Shown here: positions 47,072-59,290 of the stretch, piece by piece
Position numbering within the stretch: position 1 is the first letter of the stretch
How the letters are laid out: every line of letters starts with the position of its first letter
From: Vicugna vicugna
Lineage: Eukaryota
Direction of reading: 5' to 3'
DNA length: 64,000 nucleotides
Assembly (NCBI GenBank): GCA_013265495.1
Contig: MU063601.1
Location: forward strand, 1,054,001-1,118,000
The notes under the pieces: generated by a model
What the model was told of the DNA's origin: nothing
What the model saw: the letters and a program-made list of their open reading frames with translations, nothing else
Databases searched by the model: none
Position numbers and translations under genes: made by a program

Positions 47072-49229
47072 TCCCGCTGTACCAACTTTGATGAGGGTTT
47101 TTATCATGAATGGATATTGAATTTTGTCAGATGATTTTTGTGTCTATAAATGATCATGGAACCTTGAGGGAGTTGGGCTTCTCCCAGGTGTGATGGCAGT
47201 GCCCACCTTGGTTGAGGTTGTGGCCAGGGCCAGAGGGCTCGGGGCTGCACTTCTGTGCTGGTGTCGCTTTTTCCTCAGCGTGCATTGGTTAGAGGCTGGG
47301 TCATGGCTTGAGGGGTTGGCGCCACACTGCTGACCTGGTTTTGCTCCCACCCGTGATGGCAGTCTCTGCCCAGGACCTAGTTTTGCTCCTCCTAAATGTG
47401 TGCAGGGAGGTCAGAGGCAAGGCTGGTATCCGAGCTGACTCTAACCCCTCTAAGTGTGCACGCTCTCGTTGGCAACGGCAGCTTCTACCTCAGTGAGGGG
47501 CAGTGCCAGAGCAAGAGGGGCTGGAGCAGAAGCCCGGTGTTGGCTGGGGTAGGGGGTGGGGCTCACTGGGGTGTCCTGGCAAGCCAACCAGAGCCCCAGG
47601 CAGTTTTCAGTCTGCTGCCTCCGTGCTGTGACTGGGAGCAAACAAGACTGTGTGCTCTTCAAGAGCAGAGTCTAGGTTTCTTACAGCCCTCCAAGAAGCC
47701 CCACTGGTTTTCAAACAAGCTAAGGGGGCTCATCTTCCCAGTGTTGGACCCCAGGGCTGGGGTGCCTAATATGTGACTTGAATCCTTCAATCCTTAGGGA
47801 GGAGCCCCGAGCCCATGAAGTCCCTCTGCTCTTCTGGGTCCCCTGCCAGGGGTGTGGATCCCGATAAGATTCCTTTTCCTCCTTTCTTACCAGACACCAT
47901 GGGGATCTTTCTTTATAGCCTTGGTTGTAGAAGAGCCTTTCTGCCAGCCTCCAGGTCTTTTTCAGCGAGAGTTGCTCCATATGTAGTTCTATTTTTGATG
48001 TGTTTGTGAGGGGAGGTGAACGCAGGGTCCTCCTACTCCGCCTCACTTTTGTTCTTTGAATCAAAGTCCCAAGCACAATAGGATTATCCTTCCTGCCTCT
48101 TCTCCACTCCTTCCTCATTTCTCTTCCTTCATCTCTGGCTTATTTATAATTTTAGAGATTGGAAAGAAGAAATCTTAGAGACAAATCATCCTTTGTTGTA
48201 CACAGTGTTGAAACTGAGGCCCAGAGAGGAGAAGCAATGGGCTCACGATCACCTGGCCAGTCTGGGGTGAAGCCGGACACCCACACAAGAGTCCCAGCCC
48301 TAGGCTCAGCCCCGTTTTCTTGCTCTGCTGGGCTCCACCTCTCCACTCTCTGAGGTCCACCTCTGACCTTGCCTGGGTTTCTCTCCAGATATTTTCATCA
48401 AAAATAAAACCCAACAAACTGGATGGCTGACTTTCAATGGCTTAATTGCTCCACGGATTCTATTTTTCTCTTTAAAGTACATGCATGCACACATAACCAA
48501 CCACATTTTCTATTCTAAACTGGCTGTCAGTTTCACTCCTAAAGAAATATATGTGATATATACCACCCATGTGAACATAGCATGACTATTGATGTAATTA
48601 CTTCCAGTTCTGCAGAGCCAGGCCATCCCTCTACCAAGCAGAGCTCTGGCTCCATGCTCAGGAGGGTCAAGGACCAGGAGGTGATACCCCAGCGAGCATT
48701 GTCATCCAGTTAAAATCCCAGTAACAGAATATATTACAGGTGGAAAGGACTTCATTTGGGAAAATTCAAGTCAGTGCACACACATATCTATTTTACCTCT
48801 CAAACTTTTTTTTTAAAGCAAGAAAGAGCAAATCATTTTTAAAGGTTAACTTACCCTTAAAAGTATTCTGGCTGTGCATCTTTCAAGCACATGTCCAATG
48901 TGTGAATGTTAGTGTTTTATCACTTATATAATCTGGCCCTCTCGTCTTTTTCCACGGTTTCGAAGACCTTGGTAAGCGACTTAGCGCCTCACCATGTCAT
49001 TGGCAATTTCTCTCTGCAGTCTGAGGATTTTTCTTCCTTAATCCCCTCGGAAAGATAAAAAACATAGTTACTGGGCCTCAGAGAGATGAGGGCAGGCAGC
49101 CAGAGATTTCATTTCAGATTTTTCAGTACCTTCCATATTCCAATCATCATATCTGCTAGCTCTTGAGGACCCACTGTGTGCCAGGCTCTATGTGCCAGAT
49201 ACTTTTTAAAAATTCATCATTTCAAAGCC

Positions 49230-49920
49230 TCATATTCTTATCCTGATTTGATCCACCATCATCACCCACAGCCTGGATCATTCTGCCCAACTGTCTCCCT
49301 GATTCCATTCTTGCCTCCTCTGGTCTGTTCTCCACTGAGCAGCAGAAGATCTTTTAACAATGCCTGGCAACCACCTCTGTCTTCTGCTCACACCCTCCAT
49401 GGCTCCTGTCTTTCTGGGATAAAGCTACAATCCTTCCCTGGGCCCTAAGTTCCCTGTGACTGCCCACCCTCACTCTGCCCCATCCACACGGGTCTCCTTG
49501 CTGACCCTCGGGTGTACAAGACACTCTCCCGCCTCCTACCTCTGCACTGTGGTCCCCAAAGCCTGGGGCGCTCTCCACAGGTCCCCTCATGGCTCACAGC
49601 CTTATCTCCTTCCAGTCTATGCTCATGTGAGTCCTTCCCAGAAAGGACCTTCCTGACCCTCGTGAAACTGCTCCCCAGCCTCCTGGCACTTCTCCCCCCT
49701 CCTCTGGCCTAACTTATCTCCTGATCACTTACCACTTCCCGATGTACACTACATACTTTCTTTATTGACCTTGACCTTGCTATCGCTATGCAAATAATTT
49801 TATGCAGACTCTATGAAGGAAGGGATGTTGGACAGTTTTGCTCACCACTGAATCTCCAGATCCTAGAACATTGCCTGGCACAGAAATATTTATTGTATGA
49901 ATGAATAAAATAATCTCATT
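49230..49920 (+). mobile_element. L2 3' fragment
   Basis: actgagcagcagaagatcttttaacaatgcc...ccttcccagaaaggaccttcctgacc...tctccagatcctagaacattgcctggcacagaaatatttattgtatgaatgaataa. Confidence 0.9.
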
Positions 49921-51312
49921 GCTGTATGTGGAGTCAGGGGCTTTCAGACAACAAACAAGGAACAGGTAAAAAATATAATTTCCAGACTGTGTGGACGACA
50001 GGGACGGGGGGCTACTTTGGGTGAAGGTCCAGGAAAGCTTCCTGGAGGAGGTGGAATTTAAGATGAGACCTGGATCTCACAGAGCAGACAACTGGCTCTG
50101 GGTGGGATGACTTGCTTGAGGTCTCACAGGTGGCAATCCTGGTGGGTGGAGCAGGGTTGGGGGCCACAGGGAAGTTGTGTCCAGGCCCCTGGGGAACAGT
50201 CCTGAACCCCCAAAATGGACAGAGCCTTGGGTCCTGCGGCACCTTGTGCTGACCTAATCCTGGCCTTTTGCCCGCTGAGTTGTGGTCATTACCTCATCAG
50301 GTTTCCTTCCTCACTGGGCTGAGAGTGTCACTTGGTGGAATCAACAGGGCCTTGTGCCTCCCATATCCCCAGGACCACCCCCAGGGCCTGGAGTACAGCG
50401 GGGCCGCTGCAGGTGGATTTTGAATGACTCTCGGATGAGGCAGGTGAGAGTGTGTTGCAGAGACGATCAAGCTGTGAGAGTCCTGGAGAAAACTGCGTTC
50501 ACTTTATCTTAACAGAAAACTTGAGACCGAGGGTAGGGTACGGTCCTGACGTCACTCTGTGAGTGGGCATCAGCATTCAGACTTGAACTCTGGTCTCCTG
50601 CTCGGGGTCCTTCCCATGCCACTGTCCTGAGAAGGGTAGGCTCAGGATGCCTGGCATCAGAGAGGAATCCAGATGACTTGGAAAGTTAGGGTCCCTGCTT
50701 CTCTAGAAAGCAAGTGAGAACACGGTAACTACAAACGAAATAAAACTGATGCTTTGCAGAAGTGCAAAAAGGTTTACAAATATGCGAGACCTTTGCCCTG
50801 GAGTCAGAGCTAATTAGAGTCCCCTGAAGGTCAGAGCTGAAGGAGTCTCAGACAAGGGCCCAGGCCATTTATAATAGAAGGGAGATGCCGAGGTCAGAAA
50901 GGATGAGGGACTGAGCTGAGACTACACAGATGGTTGGGGCCAGAGCTGGGGTGCAGACCAGGCTTGCAACCTAGTCCAGACTGTCAAGGTGAGAGGCTTT
51001 CAAGGGCCAAAACAGCCTTGCATCCCCCTGCTCTTCTGAGCGCCTGACATCAGTCCTCTCCGATCACCTTGCAAATGCTCTTTGAAAGCTGCTTGTTCTT
51101 TAGGGGATTTTTTTTTAATTTCTGGAAAGATCTTAACAAGACACAATGTGAGAAGAGAGTGGAAGTATTCTAACTCAATATGGGGTGCTGGTCCCCCTGA
51201 GTGATAAATCCAGAGGCTACACCAGACAGGAGCTCAGGTCTGAATTTGGTCACCATCACAGTGAACATTGGGGACAGGCTGGGAAGGGCTGAAACAGGCT
51301 TAAGTTAAGTTT

Positions 51313-51450
51313 ATTTATTTATTTATTTATTTATTTATTTTAATTTTCAGGTTTACTTATTTATTTATTTTAGAGAAGTTACTGGGGATTGAACTCAAGA
51401 CCTTGTGTATGCTAAGCATGCGCTCTACCACTTGAGCAATAGCCTCCCCC
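51313..51450 (-). mobile_element. tRNA-derived camelid-type SINE (Vic-1-like)
   Basis: The reverse strand reads ggggggaggctattgctcaagtggtagagcgcatgcttagcatacacaaggtcttgagttcaatccccagtaac with an (AAAT)n tail. TSD cttaRgttaagttt at 51299-51312 and 51451-51464. Confidence 0.93.
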
Positions 51451-52159
51451 CTTAGGTTAAGTTTAAAGTGAAGGTTAGATTACAGTTAAGAATTCATTAC
51501 CCATTGCCATATGCCAGACTCTGTCCTGAACACTCTGTGTAAATGATTCCATCTGACGCAGGTCATTATACTCATTTGAAGGATGATAAAACGGAAACTT
51601 AGTCAGGTGACATCACTAGTTAGTAGAAAAGTTGGTCTTCAAATCCAACTATATCTAACACCAGACATAATGCTGTGTCTATTTCTTAGGCTCAGGAGCC
51701 CAAGGATGGCATTTGGTTGAGACAGATTAGGATCAGCTCAAGGGTAAGTTAGGATCAACCTCGTGGATGGAGGTGGGGCTACACTCAGGTTAAGCATTCT
51801 AATGTGGGGTTGTTGCAGGACAGTGGTAAGTGCTCAGTCAATGCCAAGATTAAGTTTAGGTTTAGGATCAAGGTGATCTCTTGTGTGAAGATACTTCTAA
51901 AGGGCAGGGTGAATGCTCATCCAGGGCTCAAGGGGCATAAACAGAAATGCTTCCCCCTGTAAATAAAACATCTTAAAGACTAATAGTTTGAAAAGCCCTG
52001 TGAATTTTGCAGTTGACATAATTGTTAGTAAAAAGTTACTATCCAAATCTTTGAGTAATACTTAAGCCTTGGGGTGATTCCCCATGCCTGGTATCCCACC
52101 AGCTGGAAAAGCAGAGATGTGGGAATGGGTGACAGTTTGGGTGCATTCTGGAGTTACAG

Positions 52160-52274
52160 TAGAGTAATCAACTGTCCTAGTTTGCCCAGGACTGAGGGGT
52201 TTCCTGGGATGTGAGTCCTGCTATGTTAAAACTGAAAAAGTTTCCAGGCAAAGAAGGCTGAGTTAGTGATGGCA
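52160..52274. mobile_element. MER81-like hAT-Blackjack MITE
   Basis: tagagtaatcaactgtcctagtttgcccaggactgaggggtttcctgggatgtg...ccaggcaaa...gagttagtg. Confidence 0.8.
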
Positions 52275-52329
52275 GTTAGAGTAGGAATGAAACTAGAGTT
52301 AGCAAAACAGGACCCTTGAGAGTGGGTAG

Positions 52330-52520
52330 AACATCGTGGTTAAGAAGGTGAGGTTTTCTATAAGCAAGACCCAGGTATTTTGTTCATATTTCCCGCCAAC
52401 CATCCACAAATCTCTTTGAGCCTTAGGTTTCTCATCTTTACAGTGGAGCCAACAGTGGTGTCTCCTTTCTGTGGTTATCATGAGGCTTCCATGGCAAATG
52501 GTCAGTAAATGGCAGCATCA
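52330..52520 (+). mobile_element. MIR SINE
   Basis: catcgtggttaagaagg...gagccttaggtttctcatctttacagtggag. Confidence 0.65.
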
Positions 52521-54019
52521 TTGCTATTTGTACACCTTCAGAGTTCTCAGCCCAGTGACATGACCAAAATGTTTTTGGTCAATTTCCCCACCACCTACAG
52601 AGGGAAGTGGGCATGGGTGTTGGCTAGAGGCCAACAGTCAGTCCCATTTCTGGTCCCAGCTCTTTCACTAACTCAAGTCATTTTCCCTTCCTGGGCCTCT
52701 GTTTCCTTAACTGGAAAGTAAAGGGGTAGATGGAGCAATTGCCAAAGCCCTTCTAGCAGAATATTCTCTGAATCTCGGTGCTGCTTTTTTGACTTATCTA
52801 AGTCAAATGTGTTTCATGTTTCATGTTGTTCCTTATGAAGAAGCTTTTCAGGAAATCTCTAATTAGTTTGACGTTGATGAAAATAGCTATGTCGATTAGC
52901 CATCCATCAAACTACTGTTGTGTAACATAGAAGGAATAAAATGCTTATAAAGCAAAAACACGGTAGGTCATCAGGAGATCCACTAGGCTATTGGGACACT
53001 TTTTCTCATACAGGGATGGGATTAGAACTTTGAGCTGTTACCCACCTCTTGTGCCTCAAAGCAGATGTCCCGGAATGATGGATTTAGGGATGCTGTGGCT
53101 CATGGAGGGGAAGTATTTTTCTCAAGGTCACATAGCAGATCCAAGGCTTCAGTTTCTAGTCCAGTGACCTTTTTATTAAACCACATCACTTCTAAGTTCA
53201 ACTCTCCTAGGACTTGTTCATTTGCAAAATGTAGAAGCAAAAGGTGCTGTTGAACTGAAATGGTTTCTGAGGTTCTTTTCTACCATGTTACTCTCTGGAG
53301 TTGGGTAAGATCTTAGGGTTTTGTGGCCGCTGTCCGTGGTTCTGAAAGAGACAACCGTCCAGGACCTGCAGCATAACATCTAAGGCCAGGTGGGGAAGGA
53401 GGCACTTCCTTTACCCTAAAATCACTCCCTCTCCTGACCCACTCTATCAGACCACCTTATTCCTCGCTTCCCATACCTTAAGGACTGCAAATGGCAGGTG
53501 CCCTTGGAAACAGGAAGGAAGTACCACAATATATTGGAGTTCCCAAATGGTGAACATGGAGGCTTCCTGGGTTGTGTTTACCTGGCTCTATCTGTCCTAG
53601 GTTGAAGACAGTCTAGCATCAGGGACACCAAAACTAAGCTTTTTCCCATCTGCCTCAACATCTCCATGTAAACTCTGGTTGGTGAGGGGAGTTGGCCTCC
53701 CAAGGGAGTTGAGGAAACTGGATGCGACAATCTGTCAATAGATGTTGGATAAACTAGGAAAAATAGCACCCAAGGGTCATGGTCAGGCTATTATCCAAGA
53801 TCCTGGATGGACACTCAGGGCAGTTATGGGAAGCCTAGAAGACAGGAGAGCTGGGTCAGGAAAGACAGGGAGAACCCAATGGATCAGACTTGCAGTTTGG
53901 AATCAGATCAAGTCAGAGAACAGACGAGCAGCAGGGAGGATAGATTTGAAGATGAAGGTAAAATACTGGTTGTACTTTGTGATATCAAATCCTCCTCTTT
54001 TCAATCCCGTTCTCCACAG

Positions 54020-54220
54020 TCACTGAGCCCTCACTGTGCCAGCCAGTTTATACATGTGGTTTTGTTTAATCATTTTAGCAACTGGAGAAACAAAATGTCA
54101 TCACCATTTTAAATTTAGGGTATGGAGCCTCAGAAGTGAAGGGACTTGCCAAGGTCTCTCAGCTGGTAAGTGGAGGATTTGGGATTGGAAATCAGCTGTC
54201 TCTGCCTGTAAAGCCCACAC
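54020..54220 (-). mobile_element. MIR SINE
   Basis: cactgtgccagcc...gtttaatcatttt...caccattttaaa...ggagcctcagaagtgaagggacttgccaaggtc. Confidence 0.75.
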
Positions 54221-55766
54221 TCGTTAACCACACCCCTCCCCCACTGACCAGGACAATAAAAACAGGGCTGGCCTTGTCACCAGAGTGAATTCTGGCCATT
54301 GAGAAAGGAAGGGATGGGGCACATAAATGCATGGAGCCCCTCCATGCTGTTGGACTTTGGCCAGGGGCAGGCAAATTGACATGACCTGGCAGCCCATTCC
54401 TAGGAGGAAGGGTAGTGCATGCTTGCTGGCATCTCATGGCTGGCAGTAGCTGTCAGAAGCTGCAGGGAGAGAAATGTGGTATAGCCGCTGGCCAAGTCAG
54501 CAAAGAAAATTGGTCTTTAGGTCATCTTCGGCTTTGGGCCAGGAGTCATGGAATCACTATATGTATCTGAGACAATGGGCATCTTCTCCTTCTTGAGATC
54601 ATGTGATCTCTTGAATAACTGTAAGAGCCATTTGTTCAATATCTGTTTCACTCATTTGACAAATGTCTACTGAGTGCTGACTAGGTGCTGGGTACTGGGG
54701 TTACAGAAGTGAACCCACAAAGCTGGCAGTGACAGATGGGCCAGTCAGACTCCCTGCTCTGTCTGCTGTGGTTGCTGCCTCTGTCACCATATAGAGCTTC
54801 TCTTTCAGACCCTAGCCCCTCCTCCTGCTCAATTTCAGGCATTCTTTCCCCACTTCATCATACACTGGTACTATTTCTTTTTATTTCCTGAGAGCTGGTA
54901 GAAAAGGAAAAAAAAAAACAGATGAATGGAGGGCAAATCACAGAACCAATCAGGGAATGTCTTCCTGTTCATTCTCATAAGAAATAACCAGGTTAACTCA
55001 AATGAATTCAAGGCAGCCATAACTGAAGAATAAAAACAAGCCTGTTAGATTCATTTTCTTAGTCTAGGATTAATCTATTCATCAGCTTAGCTCACGGGGA
55101 GAAAAACATGCTTCTTCAATAGTTTTCAAACTGAAACTAAATGCCTCATTAAGTCAAACATATTAACCTGAGAACGATATTGATGTCGGATAGACTAATG
55201 AATGTCATTATAGAGAATACGCATTAGTCCTCAGAGGGACCCGACCAGCCATTAGGAACTCTCTGCAAATGTGCTCAGCTATTGTACAAGAGATGTGGAA
55301 TCATTGCTGGGAAGGAGGAGATGGAAGCGAGGAGGACAAAGGAGATGGAGCACAGGGGATGCTCCTGGAAACTTGGCTGTTCCTGTGAATGATGTTGCCT
55401 GATTTCGGCATTTTTGGTCATATGAGAAAGAGCATATGTGTAATGGAGGATCCTCGTATGATGCTAATCTCTGTTGTTTCCAAGAGAAAAGAAGACGGTT
55501 TTATCCTCCAGACAAGAGGGAGGGCTGCAGGGTTTGGGGTCTGGGCACCTTCAGCCTTTATTGAGCCAAACAACATGCTTTTATATATTTCAGGGAATAT
55601 ACATACATATGGAATATACATATGGAATATACATATGGAACAACATACACGTGGAAACCCCATGGACACCCAGTCTGCTATTTTTGCCCCAACTCGAGTA
55701 CAAGGAAACTGAGAGGCATTAAGTGGAGAACTCAATGCCACCGACTTATAAGTCAGACAACTGAGT

Positions 55767-56525
55767 TTTTTTTCCCAGTTTTATTGTGATATTATTGACA
55801 TACATCACTGTATAAGTTTAAGGTGTACAGTGTAATGGTTCGACTAACAGGTACTGTGGAATGATTACTGAAATGAGTTTAGTTAGCATCCATCATCTCA
55901 TATAGACACAATCAAAAGAGAAAGCAAAAGAAGAAAAACATTATTTTCCTTGTGATGAGAACTTTAAGAATCTATTCTCTTAATTTTAATGTATATCATG
56001 CAGCAGCGTTAACTCTAGTCATGCTGTAGATTACATCCCCAGTACTTATTTATCTTGTAACTGGAAGTTTACACCTTTGACCACTTTCTCCAAGTCCCCT
56101 ACCCCCATCCCTTTCTTCTGGCAGCCAAAAATCTGATCTCTTTCTCAGTGAGTTTGATTTTTTTTTCNNNNNNNNNNNNNNNNNNNNNNNNNNNNNNNNN
56201 NNNNNNNNNNNNNNNNNNNNNNNNNNNNNNNNNNNNNNNNNNNNNNNNNNNNNNNNNNNNNNNNNNNNNNNNNNNNNNNNNNNNNNNNNNNNNNNNNNNN
56301 NNNNNNNNNNNNNNNNNNNNNNNNNNNNNNNNNNNNNNNNNNNNNNNNNNNNNNNNNNNNNNNNNNNNNNNNNNNNNNNNNNNNNNNNNCTTAGCTATTG
56401 TAAACACAGAGGTGCAGATATTTTTTTGAGTTCATGTTTTTGTTCCATTTGGATATACTTTCAGAAGTGGAATTGCTGGATCATACGGTAATTCAATTTT
56501 TAATATTTGGAGGGTTATCCATAAT
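55767..56525 (-). mobile_element. 5'-truncated L1 3' end (L1MA9-like)
   Basis: ttttcccagttttattgtgatataattgacatacatcactgtataagtttaaggtgtacag...ttagctattgtaaa...cagaagtggaattgctggatcatacggt. Confidence 0.92.
56168..56389. other. N gap (222 nt)
   Basis: Run of N inside an L1. Confidence 0.99.
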
Positions 56526-58228
56526 GACAACTGAGATTTGAACCCAGATTGGTATCATTTGGGATGAAGGGATACCCTCACAACATCACACTGATCCATT
56601 CTCCCAGGTGGGCTGTCTTTAAAGTCCCTCCTCACTTATAACTGGGTGGTCTCTATGTGACTACACATGAAGCAACAAGGTGGAGAGGAAACTGCGACTT
56701 GTGTACAGACCAGGCTCAAAGACAAACCAGCTATGAGCCCTTGGCCAAGTTACTCTCTGAATCACTTTCCTTATCAACAAAAGGGAACAATTCCTGCCCT
56801 GCTGGCTTGTTGTGGGACCTAGATAGGCTGATAAAGACAGACTGACACACAGCACTTTCCTCTCTGCTTTGCATGGGGCCCCTGCTCCATCCGGTCGGGA
56901 TCTAGTCCTTGGTGAGGGGCCCCTGAGGGTGACCCGTGGAGAAGCAGAGCTGCCCTTCCTGATCCACACCATCTCCCGAGGGTTTGGCATGACCCAGGTG
57001 TCATGAGGAACACAGAGACGACCTGCTCTCTGATCCTGGATGTTCAAGCCTAGGGGAAGTTGGGAAAACAGTACCAGAGAGAATCAAGGCCCAAGGGAGG
57101 GGAAAGGAAGAGAGGGAAGCATCTGGATTTAAGGTAAAACCTGGAAATTTCTCATGAGAGGATTTGGGAGACAGCTTCGGGGAGGTGGCTTCTATGTGTA
57201 CGCTGAGCAAGCCAGCCTGCCCTTAAGGACAGGACAGCGAGAGGCTTGGCCCAAGTTTGAGGTAAGAAAAAAACAATGGCATTCAGATTTACAGTCTCCA
57301 ATATCCCCACATCTCTTGGTGCTTCCAAGCTCTGTCTTCTACAAATTGACTAATGAGGGAGTGGACATTTGCAAAACATGTATCAGGACCTGAGTCTGTT
57401 CTTTTATGTTTATGAGCTCATTTGATTTTCATAAAAAAATTAAAACCCTGAGAATTGGTGATTCTTACCTGTATGTGTTGTAAGGAACAGAGGCTCACAG
57501 TGGTCCAGTAACAGGACGAGGGTCATAGCACTCACTCACGGGGCAGAGTCACAGATCCTTCCCTCTGTGTCTGGCTCTCATGGTAATGCCACGGTGCCTC
57601 TCACATGGTAGGTCCTGCTGGACAGTGTTTGTTCTCCCCACAGACCGCTGGTTGCTGCCTCTACTTCCTCCCTGGGTTGGTTCCCTGTTAGGATGTGTCC
57701 TGTGGGGGAGGCATGAGGACTCAGGGAGCTCTTGCCTGTCTTGCCAGCAGAGGCCCCACTGTGTGCCAGTCCAGTTCAGAGAACCTTGGCAAAACCCACA
57801 AGCTCCTCCTGTGATTTGGAGCTGATGTTCCCACCATGCAGGGCGAGCCAGCTGTTCACTTACTGGTGTGAGGTGCTGAGTAAGCACCTGCTTAATATCA
57901 GGTTGGGTACTTCATGCAAACTCAGTGAAATGCTATTTTTTTCAATGTTATTTTTGCAATGATTTCTTTAGTGCTGATATCCCATGTGTGTGCTATGATG
58001 ATCATGAGCCTTGTACACAAAAAATGTTTGTTGAATAACTGAATGAAAGAATGCCTTCAGAGAGACATAAATTCTAGCAGTTAACTATTTATGGTCTCTC
58101 TAGATATGGGAGAAATTGGTTTTTCAGGAGTAAAGATGGAGGTTAAGGGAGAATTTGGAAGAGTTAAGGTCCTAGATGCAGTGTTGAAAGATGCCTGGGT
58201 ACAACTGCTTTGGGATCAGAGAGGTAGT

Positions 58229-58738
58229 TGTACCAGGTAGTTACTGCTGCATAACAAGTGATCTCAAAACTTAGTGGCTTAAAATAACAAGCATTTATTT
58301 AGCTTAAGAGTCTGGAGGTCTGCTGGGTGATTCTGCTGCTGTGGCCTGGGCTTGGCTAGGCTTGCATGGGTCATTAGTGTCTTAGGACAGCTGACGTGTT
58401 GGCTGGAGGCTGGGTGGTCTAGGATAGTCTCCATTGGGACGGCTTATCTCAGTTCCTCATCATCTCTCATCCTGGCTGGTCTGGAGTTGTTCTCAAAGCG
58501 AAGGCAGTTTACAAAAGAGAGAGAGGAAGTACACAGGGTGTCTCGAGGTTTAGGTATCAAAATGGCACGATGCACTTTGGAAGCACTGTATTGGCCTAAG
58601 CAAGTTATAAGGTCAGTTCTGACTAAGAAGTGGGGACATAGATTTTGCCTCTCGGTGGAAAGAATTGCAAAGTCATGTTGCAAAGTGTGGACATAGGACA
58701 GAGTGGGGAACTGTGGCCAATTTTACAATCACTCTATC
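58229..58738. mobile_element. MaLR solo LTR (MLT1F-like)
   Basis: tgtaccaggtagttactgctgcataacaag...caaaacttagtggcttaaaataacaagcatttatt...tattggcctaagcaagt...gaattgcaaagtcatgttgcaaag...tggccaattttacaatcactcta. Confidence 0.88.
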
Positions 58739-58967
58739 GTAAGAGTTTCCAAATCTTATCAGTCAGACCTCTAGTCTCTGTTGTAAGGGGACATTTCTAA
58801 TAAAAATAGGGGTGGAGAATCACGGAGAGTTCATCTAGCTATTTGTGACCAATCCCCTGTCCCCTCCTTCAGAAAGAGTCAGCAGGAATTTCCAGGGGTA
58901 CATCTCTAGAGAATGAGACCATTCATTATCTTCAAATATAGAAAAAGTGGATTCCCTCAGTGTGGCC

Positions 58968-59075
58968 CAAAGGAAGGACTTCCCAACATTCAAAGCTGTC
59001 CGGAGAGGGAGTGGGCTACCTTGAGAGGTGGTGAACTCCCCATCCTTGGGAGTATGCAAACAGAGGGAGGCAAAT
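58968..59075 (+). mobile_element. CR1/L3 LINE 3' fragment
   Basis: aggaaggacttcccaacattcaaagctgtcc...tgggctaccttgagaggtggtgaactccccatccttgggagtatgcaaacagagg matches the recalled L3 end. Confidence 0.75.
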
Positions 59076-59099
59076 GGTAAAGTGAAGTTCTTCCACTTT

Positions 59100-59290
59100 G
59101 GCATCAGACATAGCTGGCTTTGATTTGCAACTTGGGAGTTTTAGGGCAAATGACTTTAACTCTGTGAGCCACAGTTTTCTCATCTGTAAAATGGGGATAA
59201 TGATCTTACTGCATTGGGTTATTGTGAGGCTCAAATGAGGTAATACATGCAAAGCACTCACATAGGGCTTGGCATGTAGAAGTTCCCAGT
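59100..59290 (+). mobile_element. MIR SINE
   Basis: ctctgtgagccacagttttctcatctgtaaatggggataat...ttattgtgaggctcaaatgaggtaatacatgcaaagcact. Confidence 0.9.

Larger units (their letters stand above)
44835..48049 (-). mobile_element. L1 (L1MA/cetartiodactyl-type): 5'UTR joined directly to the 3' half of ORF2 and the 3'UTR; 9-bp TSD
   Basis: ORF2 peptides ([45 protein letters not shown]...WHKNRYTDQWNRI). 5'UTR 47160-48049 begins on the minus strand with gaggcggagtaggaggaccctgcgttcacctcc. tgttctttg occurs at 44826-44834 and 48050-48058. Confidence 0.88.
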
